NCBI GenBank assembly: GCA_000708835.1
Contig: DF237362.1
Span: 18,673 to 82,672 of the forward strand
Source of the DNA: Klebsormidium nitens
Taxonomy: Eukaryota > Plantae > Klebsormidiophyceae
Direction of reading: 5' to 3'
Length of the DNA: 64,000 nucleotides
The notes beneath the pieces were generated by a model, which was given only the letters and a program-made list of their open reading frames with translations, ran no database searches and was not told the origin of the DNA. Within the stretch, counting starts at the first letter, position 1, and every line of letters starts with the position of its first letter. Positions 47,588 through 59,700 of the stretch are shown here, piece after piece. The position numbers were made by a program, and so were the translations under genes.

Positions 47588-50500
47588 ATGACAATGGCGT
47601 CCTCTTTATCCACTCTGCCTGCACTGGAAGGCCTCAGGGCTCGTGTGACAAAGGAGTCACAATGGCTGACCCAGCGCTCTCAGCAATTTCATCAGCATCT
47701 CCTTCCCCCCACTCCAAGCTACCCCCACCTGCTCAGCAGGAAACATCCTAGGCTCTCCGTGGTGGCCGATTCAGAAAGCTGTAGAGGCAGCAAAGTCAGC
47801 GTAAGAAACTCCAAGCAGTTCCAGAAAGCCACCGAAAGTGGCCAAACGAAACCAGAGGAAGGCACAGGAAGACGGGAGGCGCTGCTGGCAGGAGCTGCCC
47901 TATTGGTTGCATTGGGGTCAGCAGCGACGTGTCCAGGAAATGCTGATGCCCTGGGATCATGTGAGCTGGCAATGTAACTGTAAAATGCTCTTGTTCCATG
48001 GATTGGTGCATTTTAGGCAGGCCATGAGTCCAGCGACACTTCTTCCCTATTAAATAAAACGTTGTGCATCTCAATTAACAGCTCAGTCCGCTGACATCAT
48101 GCTGACCTCGCAGCCTTCCTGAAGGACCGGCTGAAGGAGCGCAAGAAGGACACGTTCCAGATTCTGCTGTACCCCATCGAAGCTTCCCGGGTGCAGCTGC
48201 AAAAAGTTCATGCTCTCCTGGGTGAGCTTTCATCTGACGGCCAGCTCTTCAAGACCCCTGGAGGTATCATGATGGGAAGGGGACTCTGTAATCGTACGTT
48301 GCATACGTTGGTTATCCAGTCTGGTTCTGCAGCTGGTTTCTTGCCGATGTCGTCCTGTTTCTTTTGTTGAGTCTGGTGTTACTAAAGAAAGATTCCCTTA
48401 ACTTGTATGTCTGCATTACTTGGTCACCTGAGATGTTGATGTTACTGCTGACTCACCGTAAATTTTGACACAAAATTCGCCATCCCAGAATCTATGGATA
48501 GAAGGGCAGTTCCTCTCGGTCTTCGTTTGCAGACTCCCCCTCCCTGACGCCTGCACTGTACTCCGAAGCCAAGGATTTGGTCCAGGTGTCCTCCCGGGAC
48601 TGCATGCCTCTAGAGCACTATGCAGGGAGTCAATCGGTGGCGGCCAAGTTTTTCGAGGTGCGCCCCTCATGAATTTCTTTCTGCAGCTAATCATGGGCTT
48701 CAAACGTCAGTTATATCACCTCTCTGACAAGTTTTGCAAATAACGGGTAATCAAGTACGCATGCAGGGCAGCTTGCACCTCTTCCGGGTGAAAACCTCCC
48801 AAGCTCAAGAGCGAACGGAGGCTCTCGCACATGTAAACGAGAATGACGAAAGGACCCTCTTCATCTGCACATCTAGACGCCATGCGCAATATTTTGTGGA
48901 GAGGATAGGGTCCTGCATACGTACTTTCTGCCGCTTACATGGAGCAGTCTGAAGTTGTCAGAGATACAAGATCAATGACAGATTCTTCTTGTCTCTGGCG
49001 TTGAATCCTGGCCCATTCGAACAGAGAGATCATGTGGAGTTAGGACTTGCGAGAGAGGTGTCGAAAAATGCTGTCTTCGGATGCTTCATTTCCAAGATTC
49101 CTTTGAGTAGGCGAGGAGATCTAGTCAAATCGCACGGCCGGCCAATCCTCGAATATCAAGTTAGTATTTTTGTCTGACCTTTAATTCTATGTGTTGAGCG
49201 GAAGGATTTCTGTCGGGGGAACTAACCTCCAGAGCTCCGTGTTAGGAGTCAAAATTGTTCTCGCCTCCTTACGGGTAACCATTTTCTATTAGGTGTGTAC
49301 TTTCAAGCTTTTGGTGAAGAACGCCGTGTCCCTGGTTGACAAAGCAGACCCAAAGCGTGTGCGAGCACAGCAAGCTCTCGTTGATCTGAACAGGTATGTT
49401 TCTCCGACCCTCCTTCTAAGTAGATTCCAGAAATCATCTGGGGTTGGCTTCACGTGCAGACTGAGTTCCAACTACTCGGGGGATCTCGTCGATTGTATGT
49501 TTTTTTTGACGAAAAAACTGCAAGCTCAATGGCTTCGCCTGATCAGTCAACGTAGTCTTTAAGTTCGTTCGGGTCCAATCATTTTGCTAAGGGCAATCCG
49601 TATAGCGAGCAAGGTTCCTGGCTGTTGTTAAGGAGCTCCGTTTAGTAGCATTGCAAATCGCTGAGCCTACTGTTGCAAAACGCTCTTGCCAGCTTCTCGA
49701 TATCAGCTGCCACCTCTTCCCGTAAGTGAGTACGTACGCAGACGAAGGACTTCGAAATAAACCATATGCAAGGGACGTCGGCGAACGTCCATCAAGTGGG
49801 CTTCAAAATTTCCTGCTTACAGCCCTCGGAATCCGTACTGCGTAGGCTAGACGGAGTGAAGGCGCAATCTAAGTGCACTTCGGCTCCCGCATCTCAACAT
49901 CAACCGCTGTTCCTCTTTTAAGATCGATTCCGCATCGGCTTCCCCAACGCGTTTTGAGCAGAGAGTGTGCTCTTGCAGTGGGGAGCCGCTGCTTTTCGGC
50001 GCAGTGTAAAGAAATGCTTTTGCAGCCGCTAAAGATTAATTTCTTGTTTATCCTTACAGGGCCTTCTCGGAGCTCGACGATGTGCTGGCCGTCAGCTTAT
50101 CTTCGGCCACATCCCAAGGGTGAGCTTTCGTCACACCTGATCCTGCTTAAAATTCGCTTTTGGCAATCGAAGGTCGTTAACATTTTATACCCACGTTGTT
50201 GTTCCCGTGCTCTCAAGGCTGCACCTTCGACCACTGCTGTCGCTGGACTTTTGTCGCCCGAATTGGAAGATGACGAGCAATAAGGCTGCATACAATCTTC
50301 CTCGTCGCTGAAAGCAGATGCATGCTGTCTTCAAGTTCGCACAGGAGGGTTTCCTTTGAAGCGTTTCTCCGGGAGCAGGGTTTCCAGATGTTCATTTTAA
50401 GTCGACTAAAGCCGCTCAGGTCCGACCTTGCTATGGCTGTTTGATTGAGAAGGTTGAACTTGGTCTCCTGCCTGCTTCGTGTGCCATTTGAACCAGCAGC

Positions 50501-50716
50501 CGGTTCGAGCCAGTGAGGCTTATTGTTCTGAATGTAGGGCCGCTCGGCTGGATGTCACTTTGACAACACTTGCAAGGACTCGCCGTCAGCGCTTCTGCAT
50601 CCTTTGCTTGCAGGCGAGAACAAGTGTTGCCGGTCGTTGTGTCCACGCAGGAAGCGTTGGACGAGCTTGAAGACGGCATCCGAGACGCCTTGGGGGCGCC
50701 CCCGCGAGTTGCATAA
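47588..50716 (+). CDS. Conserved plastid protein with a bipartite TAT-type thylakoid-lumen signal (resembles the Arabidopsis At5g42765 family); exons 47588-47960, 48114-48221, 48533-48657, 49293-49393, 50060-50119, 50614-50716
   Basis: A Ser/Arg-rich transit peptide is followed by GRREALLAGAALLVALGSAATCPGNADA (twin-Arg, hydrophobic core, AxA). Mature-part motifs LLYPIEASR, SSRDC, EVCTFKLLVKNAVSL and LEDGIRDAL match that family from memory. All exons are in phase. Confidence 0.75.
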
Positions 50717-52148
50717 AGCTGTGACGTGTACGTAGAGAAGCCTTTGTGACAGCAGTTCAATGTGTTTGCAGACCCCTGTTCACTGACGGCAACCATTGCC
50801 CGCCGGGCGAAGGCCCTCTCAGTGTTTGAAGATTACCGTTGCTAACGTCTTTGCTCCGAGTGTCGACACGTCCGGTTCCGTGTACTGAGGGTACGTCGGT
50901 CTTACCGATCAGCAGTCCCCTCAATTCAGATTTGCTTTTCAGTGCTGCACAAGGAGGTGCCAGTCTCTCGTGTGCAAGCCCAGCTGAGCCGCCGCCAGGC
51001 TAGCGCAGCACATTTGCCCTCTCGCAGTAGGAGCTCTTACATACATACTGATGACGTTCTGGCGGAATCAAAAGATTGATGATCCTTACGCCTTCCATGG
51101 AAGCCTATGGCCCATGTGACTATGGCTGGGCGTATAATGAAAAGTCAATATGCGGTGAGAATCCACGGTACGTACGGAAGATCTGGTGCGGCTACTTACT
51201 CTACTGCGAGTACATTCATTGAAATACTGAATCTGTAGTATCAACTTGATCGCATGCCAATCACCTAGTTATCATGCTATACTACCAAAAGCTAGCTGGC
51301 CCCTGATCGAACATGCATCATATATTTCATGCAACATACTTTCAATCGTTCCAGGTTATAAATATAGCGTAATAAGACCGGGTCTTCAATTGCATGATGG
51401 TCCGACAATACTGGCGGGTGAAGTTTCAGTGACGCCACTAGCTATAATTGTACAGACGCCGGCGAATGACCGAATGTTCTACATGCATGATGCAGCAAGA
51501 TCACTGGCACCCATGTTGATCCTCCGAGTCATTTGCAAACAATCCAACGGTTAAACTTAGCTTTGAGTGACTCATGCATGCACTCAGAGCTCGATCTGCA
51601 GATTTTGATCAGCTGTTGGTCTTTAATAGGAGTGTACAACGATATGGCCGGCCCAACGGAGAAAGAGCATGACGTCCACTCGAGTATTCAGTAGAAGGCA
51701 GTTCGTCAGATTGGGCCTGTCGAAGCACATCGTGACCAGGCCCTGCAGGGGCGTGCCAGCCAATGGCCGTGGTGCCTCGTTGTTACTTGAGGATTTGCTG
51801 CACAATTATCTCAAAAAGAAAGTACAACCCGTTTGCTCTTGCAAAATTTTGTTGCAGGAAACGACACTAACTCATGACAATCGATACTTACAGTGCCACA
51901 CGATCAAAGAAGAAAAGTCAGAACTTGGAAAGATCTCGAGAAGAGACCGTTTCACGGGCACGCAAGGTGCGTCTAGAGGCCCCGCAACGCTATTTTTGGC
52001 AGATGAGCCATGCCCCTTTCTGTGGTACATTTCCGTCAACTCATCCCAGTCTCCTGCTCTTTCTTGCTATCTTACTACAGTCCAAAGTCCAAAAGGACAA
52101 GGCGCACTCCCCTTGAAGGAGTGGGAGCGTTGAAACTTCACGCTAAAC

Positions 52149-54454
52149 TTACGACTGACCCACCCAACGAAGCAGACTCTCCACTCGGTTGCCAAGGGTG
52201 CTCAAATGATCTTTAAACTTCTGAATTGGAGTAGCCGGCGAGCAATCGTTCTCCACTTCCGTGCCACTCAGGCTCAACGGCACCCATACCTCGTTGTGTC
52301 TATGTCTGCGGAGGCCAACATGAGTTCAGGATTGGACCTTATCATGCGGTCAAGCAATGCAACTTAAAGCTGTCTCACCATGGAGAGACTTAGCAGCAAG
52401 CGTCGGATGATGTGCTTTGGGTGAAAAAGAAGTCACTTTTGCCTCCAACTCGACTTAGAAAATTGCAGCTTTGCCATTAAGGAGATTGTTGTGCCCTCTG
52501 CAATGAGGAAGCAGGACGAAAAAGGACAAGACTGCGCAGCTACATGCAGGACCCGCACATTTGAGATGCCAATTTGAGGAGGCATTGAAGATTCTTGGTG
52601 TCTAGACATAGTTTCTGCTAATTGGCTGTCCCGGTTGATAGACATATCCATATCAAACACAATCGAATGGTCCAGATTGAAGCGCCCTTTGATCAGAAAC
52701 TATATTTCTGCAGCTATATCAATGCAATGCCTGCTTCGAGAGGCATCTGGCACCTGACTACGCACCCGATGATCACCCCACCATCTTTTCAATGACAGGC
52801 TGCTAAGAAGTACCCACCAGAACAACCCCATCTCGCTCAAAAAGCAGGTAAACATGGGAGTCTCACCTGAAGACTGGAATGGGTTCGTACTGAGCAATCG
52901 AGTAGGACTCCTGCCCAACCCCTCGCTCCCCTTCAGCGGCAGCGGCCCACTTGGTTCCCTCCAGACTAGTTGCAAGCTCGGCTGCTTCCTCTGCAATGTT
53001 GTCATCCTTGGCAAAGCCTGAGAACTTGCGGACTGCAACACACCTGGGAGGCAGATTTGGCGGTTTGAAAAGGGCTCTAGCTCGAACTCTGCCGAGCAGC
53101 AAAAGCGTAGAAGAGGTGCATAAAGCTACAGTTGCCCATCATAATGTTTTCGTAGTGGCTTCTAGCAACATTTTCTTGGAAAACTCTTAAGACACTGCTG
53201 GATTCTGGTGCGGTAGCTGATGGCGTTGGATGGGCTGTGTCAAAGTCGGGACACGTGCAAACATAGAGCACGGATGGCAACACAAATGTGTGACTTAAGT
53301 GTTGCCAATTGTGATGTGCGATTGCGAAGGGTAGAAGCAGCCATTCTACTCATCTGAACGACATACCTAGTCTGTCGATTGAACGGATTCCTATGGGCTG
53401 TCGCTCACCCACTCAGGCCTTGCAGAAAATAAGTGAATCTAGATGACATACACGAATTTGCAAAATCTTTCTGGACATGTGAAATGAACTCGTACAGGAA
53501 GCAATAAGCAGTCTCGCGATGGATAAGATGTAAGCGCATTGATTCCTGTACCTGGCTGGTGTGTTGACCACAGTAAGCTCCAACTCGGGGAGGGGCACCG
53601 GCGGGCCCTGCTCAAACTTTTCCGGCACGGGGAAGCGCACGGCAAATGCGCTGCAGGATGAGAGAGAACGTTCAGAGATCACATCCAGGCATGAATCGAA
53701 GGAGCTGCAAGACAGCTCAGGGCGCACTTCACGAAGCACTTACATTTTTTTCTCAGGGAGCTTTTTTAAATCGAGCGCGCGCGATATGATGTAACTGACC
53801 ACCTCCAACACAAGGGAAGTCTGTATGTCGCTAAAATTGTCAATGACAGTGTCATCATTTTACAATAGTGGTGCAAATGATATGAAAACGCCAGGAATCA
53901 TTGTGCTGAGAGAGTGACCGGAGCATTGGCAGGAAATTTAGGAGTCAGGCAACAGGCAGCAACTCGAGGAGGAAACTCCTGCATAATTTTGGTGCCAGAG
54001 CGGGACGCCACACATCAGTGATATGTGACCGGCGATTTGTAGCTCACCTCGAGCAGAAGGGCCCTGCTGATGGCATCACCGTTGTGACTACCGGGGCCGT
54101 CATGGGCACCTTGGTGTCGTTCAGATTAGCGCCCTCAATGTATTGAAACAGCTTATGGAACCCCCGCTTCGTGGCACTCACAAACGAGACGTCCGCCAAT
54201 GGACCCGCCTGCACAAAGCCTGCCGCCGCATATTTCCTGATCTCAAATTTGGGGTCTTCATGGACCAGAGTGTACGGGGGGCACTCTAGCCGCTCGCAGG
54301 CGGGCGCGGGGACGGGCTTCTGAAGGGGCGGGAGTTTGCCTTCAGGACCTGAGAGTGGGTTAAATTGTGTGCGGATGGCTGCCGTTTGAGAGAAAAAAGA
54401 CACCAGGACGACGACAATTGCGAGAGTGACATGGAGCCGGCATTGCACGCCCAT
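52149..54454 (-). CDS. SOUL/HBP-family haem-binding protein with N-terminal signal peptide; exons 54048-54454, 53552-53650, 52867-53043, 52149-52305
   Basis: Motifs ECPPY...FEIRKY, GFHKLFQYIEGAN, VPMTAPV, VAVRKFSG, AQY and RHNEVW are present. The N-terminus is hydrophobic (VTLAIVVVLVSFFSQTAA). Junctions are GT-AG and in phase. Confidence 0.92.
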
Positions 54455-55305
54455 AATTCCGGAGCGGCGAGATCCTGACAAGCCGTCTCGGACGATCCAG
54501 GCACTTTGTAGAGCAATTGACCGGTCTCCAAAATCAGCAGCAATGTAGGCGCTTCAAAAGCGTCCTCTCCCTCCAGGCCTCGCCTTCTTCCGACTTTTAT
54601 GCGTCTCTGCAGGCTGCTACCCTGACTCCTGTGAGCAAAGCAAAGCTCACCGTGTTGTGTCTCTCGCCCCCCTCAATTCCTAACCGGGGCTAGCTCATTG
54701 GCCTTGATTTTAATACGGTACCAACCGGTCACGGAATAGCCGGTCCCTTGTCACGTCTCTAAGAAACGCCAATTAATCTACGATGTGATACTGAACTTCG
54801 CCTACAGATCGTCGGGGACCAAGGTTGCCGGAAGCGCGGAACGAAGTACCGAGCTTAGCTACCGGGTAGCTGGGTAGCTTTTGGACGGGGTATAGTGGTC
54901 GGTTCGCTTTCAGGACAGGCTACCGGGATTACCTACCGGGTCAATCAAACTTGTACCAATTGGTAAAATTACGGTAGGTTACTGATGACTGTACGGTTAA
55001 AACAGATCGATACGAATTCTCTTTCATCCACCGTGCCCTGAGTTGTAACTCCGGCGACAGAGGTATACGCATATTTGCATAGAAAGGTCGCTCAATCGAG
55101 GACTCCCGAGGAGTCATTTCCGACGGGCTCGTAATTTGGCTGTAGATTCCGTTCGATAAAGTGCTGTACGTGCTAATCCGTCACAAGATTCTGCCGCACT
55201 TGCCCGCGCTCCCGTCACCAAATTCACCGGTTTCGACGGTAAACGGCCATTTATGTAGAAACAGGGCAATATTCTAGGTGTGGCGTGTGCTGAGAAGTTC
55301 AGTAA

Positions 55306-55599
55306 GGCGGGTCGAATTTAATTCCCGGGTTCCGGTCCTACCCCCTTTTGGGTGGGTCGGTCGGTCGGGAAAAAATAATAGTTGGTTTGTTTCCCGTATG
55401 TTTGAAATATGAAGTAATATGGAGTATTTTTGGGGGGAAAACCTCATTTCTTGGCCCAGTTCTAGTAAGCTCCCAATATCTTCAACCCAAAATCGGAAAA
55501 TCTGGGACAATTTATCTTCTATATTTAATATTTTTCCCAAAATCCTTCGGATTTTGGGTCGGTCGGGGACCCGAAACCGGGATTTAACTTCGAGTCGCC
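55306..55599. mobile_element. 294-bp Tourist-like (PIF/Harbinger-type) MITE
   Basis: The ~33-bp imperfect TIRs read ggcgggtcgaatttaattcccgggttccggtcc on the left and ggcgactcgaagttaaatcccggtttcgggtcc on the right (reverse complement). TAA flanks both sides (55303-55305, 55600-55602). The interior is AT-rich and non-coding, with GGTC repeats. Confidence 0.8.
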
Positions 55600-56709
55600 T
55601 AACAACGTCCGTGAGTTCAGAAGCTCTTTCTGCAGCGGGGGCATTTGTGACGCGCCGTCTCGAATCTACCGGGTAGAACTCAGAACTTCAGAAGGTATCT
55701 ACTTTTAATACGTCCTTGTCCCGGAACTTCCGTTGCACGTAGATATCACGGCCGGTGATTACATAGCTGGCGCGATCGGTGGTCTTCAAGTTGGCCTGCG
55801 GCCGGTTCACACTTGCTGCGTTAGAGGATTATCGGCAGAGAATCGGTTGGCAAGGGTTCCTGAGGGCGCGCGACGGGATCGCTTCTCGCCAAGCACCGAC
55901 ATGCAGCTGTACGCGTGTTCCGATCGACGATTTTGGACCGGGGCACGTGAACCGAGCCAATCACAATGGCGCACCCCTTTGACATCCATTGACCAAATCC
56001 AGTCAAGCCGACGGTTACCTTGAGGCTTCTCTTTTGCCCAGCAAGCCCAAGTGCAATTAAGAAGTCTGAATTGCGCTGCCTTGAAAGGCTGGGACATCTA
56101 AACGTATGGTACCAAGAACAGCTTCGGTAACTGCATAATGGAACCGGCCACCTTCACCGGCTGTCCTAGATTGCTATGCGGGCCTCCCGGGGCTGCCCCT
56201 TATCACTCCCGGGCACGACCGGGTTGAGGTGAAAGCCTTATGCATAACCAGCCCTCGGCAAGCTGCCTTATCGAAGGTTGCTCTCTGAATATGAAATAGC
56301 AAATTTGTTGCCCGAATCTTGTCGAGTCTGGTACCAAGGTATTCCTATTTCAAATTATCGTCACTGCAAATTGGTTGTCAGAGTTATCATTTTGATCAAG
56401 CCCTTATATGAGCGCAGTAATAGGTCAGATGTTAGCTCTACAGTGAATATATAAGAGTATACCACGCTATTCCCAAAGCAGTACTCTCTGCCCGGGCGTG
56501 GTTACGAGCAGCACGACAAGCACAGATGTCGAGGAGCAAAGGCCTAGGGTTCCCATTCTGATTCAAACCAATTGGGTCAGCACAACGAACTGAGAAGCTT
56601 CTGCAAGCTTCAGTTTTCAGCCAATTGGCAGACCATTGCTGGCATCGGGTTTGCAGCTGCGTTTTTTCTAAGCTTCTAATAGAGCTGCGTGGTTTGTCCT
56701 TCCTAGCGG

Positions 56710-59700
56710 ATGGCTTATGCAGCTTGCGCTGTCTCGCGCCTGGCTCTTTCATTGCTTCCCACCACCACAAGTCTGCAACGTCAATCAGCTCGTAGAGGGT
56801 TTGCATTCTGGATTCAGTGCAAGCCTGCTCCCAGCAAGGAGCGTGCTGTCTGCGGGAAGTGGACTGGAGGGGGCCTTGCACCAGTAAGCAGAACTTTTCT
56901 TGAAGATCTGCTGATTAATCCAGAGCAATGCTACAATTGGGCAGATTTATGAAATAGAGGATGTCGAATTATTCAAGCCACACGACACCAATTATCAGGC
57001 ACGCTGATATTCAAACCACTAATCTGCAGATTGTTTTTGGAGTTAATATAGTCCACATGATGATGATAGCTTTTAATGGTTGTGCTGAAACAAAATGCTG
57101 ATATAGACGCGACGATGCTTGTGCGGCGGGGGGAGGAAGTAAAATTGATTCTTTTTCACTGCTAGAGTTCGGTGGAATTTCAATGGCAATTGTTTTGTCT
57201 GACATGTACTTCCAGCATTGTTCCACTATTGACAGTGTGAAAACGTCACAGCTGAATTCTAGCCAAAGAATTCTAAGCAGTTTGATTTCCGATGTAGGCA
57301 GGATTCATGTCCTACTGAGAATCACTTCTATTCAGCTCTCTCTATTGAAAAGTCTCCATTACAGAGATGGTGAGAAACGTGCTCTGGACTTCTCACTCTT
57401 CTCCCTTTCCGTCAACAGAGCACTCAATTGAAAACTCCTGCACCTCGATCCATCATCATGTCAGCCAGCGCAAACGTTGCGAATGCCCAAGCCTCAGCAG
57501 CGGCTGAGATTGAGGATGATGCTGCCACGGTCAGCTGTGAGTGGCTACAGTCCAAGCTGGGCAATGTGAAGGTGCGGATATTTCATCACAATTCTGCGTG
57601 TTGGACTGCAGATTACTACGAGATCCAACTGTCGTTTGTGGGAAATCTTCTTTGTTTTACAATCCACTTCACTCGGCCATGCCACTGGAGTTCATTCAGG
57701 ACCTGTGTGTAGAAGGGCGGCCCATTCAGCATCACATTACTGAGTCATTCGATTCTTATGCGCGACTTTAAGATCTCAGTTTGTTTGTGGCGTTGTCCCC
57801 TGCAGGTTCTAGACGCATCCTGGTACATGCCGGCGGAGCAAAGGAAGCCTGAAGAGGAATTCCTAGTAAGGATTGCTTCCTCGTCTACCCCCGTCTCTTC
57901 GTGCGAAATTTGCTCTTTAGAAAAACGAGGGAGAATTTGCAGCTGGCATAAGATCAAGATTGCAGTCACGCAGGCATGTCATATTCCGCATGCTAACTTT
58001 GATTTGGACTTTGTCTTTCAACAACGCTGGTTTTCTTTTGTTCGGATTCTCAGATGGCCGTTTTGACCTTGCAAGTCGCAAAAGTCACTCACATCTGTGT
58101 GACCGAAACCAATCCACCTTGTTTTCAGCCATGGCACACCCTGTGCGCCCTCTCTTTGTCCATAGAACTGTTCGCACAAAGGCTGCTCTTCACGACCAGT
58201 TTCGGACGGGCTCTCGAGACAAAACCGTCATTTGCTCGTTTTTCGTGTCATGAACCACTCTTGACTAATCTTTCGTTTCCAGGCTTGTCACATCCCAGGC
58301 GCGCTCTTCTTTGACATCGACAAAGTCTCCCGGACCGACACCGATCTTCCTCACATGCTGCCGTCCGGTGCCGTTTTCAGCCGGGCTCTTTCGGACCTCG
58401 GCATTGGGCGCCATGACCGGGTCGTCGTTTATGACGGAAAGGGCATCTTCAGCGCCCCTCGCGCGTGGTGGATGTTCCGCGCATTCGGCCACGAACGAGT
58501 GCACGTTTTGGAGGGGGGCCTACCGCGGTGGAAGGCGCTTGGATTCCAGACAGACAGCGGAAGACCCGAGACTTCAAGGTGGGGTGTCTTCGGAGCGCGT
58601 CTCTCTTGAAGGCCCTGGAATCGCTGTTATAAAGTGCCTTGTACTTCGGGGGGCTGCCGCACTTAGTGACTAGACGAGGGGCGGTTGCCCTCGATCCGTC
58701 GGCTTGGGCTGTTCGCTTTTCGTTGTTGCCCTGTGTCTTCCTTCCGTACTTCGTTCCGCACCAACCCTTGACAGAGGTTCTTTATAAGGCAAAGCGGCGA
58801 ATAGTTGGTACACCAAAAGCCTCTTGGCGAGCCGCAGAAAGCGCAATTGAAGCTTCTCCTTTTGCGTGACGTCCCCTGTCCGTCGCAGTGTTGCTTCTGG
58901 TCAGCCCTTTCTGACCTTGTGACCAATAAACCTCTGTTGACCGCAATTTCTCTGGTACACTCGAACGAAGCGAGGAGCAGATCTTTGCATTGTGCTCCTC
59001 GCGGCCATTTGCCAAGGTGTACGAGTCAGGCAAGCCTCTAATGAACAAGCACTTGACACGCCTTAGCCGACAAATTAGAAGGTTGAAGGGTCTCTGAGGT
59101 CTTCTCTCATGCGATGTCGTCCCCCATTGATCAACAGAACGCAGGAGCCGGGAGAGCCGCTTGAATTGAACGAGTCTCTCCTGCGGGAAGCCGAGGACGT
59201 GCAGCGAAACTTGGAGACGAGGGAAGCGGATGTCGTCGATGCTCGGGGGGCCGGCAGGCAAGAATACCGCTGAATCTCTGGTTTCTCCAGGCTCGCGATA
59301 TCCTCGGTTGAGTCGTTCTTGCGAGTCTGAGGGTAGACCAATCTCTCATGAAGGGCCATGCAGTCGACGTATGGAGCGAGAGCTTTTCCGGACCAGCATC
59401 TTGTCGTCAATAAGACGTTTGTGCAGCTCGTGCAAAAGCGTGTGAGACTTAGATGGAGAGGTTTTACACTGCCCTGTCCTACTGTATCGGCTTTCTCCGG
59501 AGACTGTACGCGCCAAAAGATGGTACCAACGGGTTTCCTCCCGGCTCAAGAAGCTTGTTGACAGCTGTAGAGAACAAGCAACGTGTCATACTAAAACGAA
59601 ACCTTTTGTTTCTTCAACGGTTTCGCATTGTCGAGCTGAGTCCGTCATGCACTATTCGTCTCCTTAGTCGAGTCGGCAAAAGGTTCTGCCTGCCATGCAT

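Noticed and set aside
58790-59035. Possible extra sulfurtransferase exon (AAESAIEA or AKVYESG resemble the plant STR linker)
   Set aside because: No in-phase acceptor/donor pair was found, and the flanking exons already join in phase without it.
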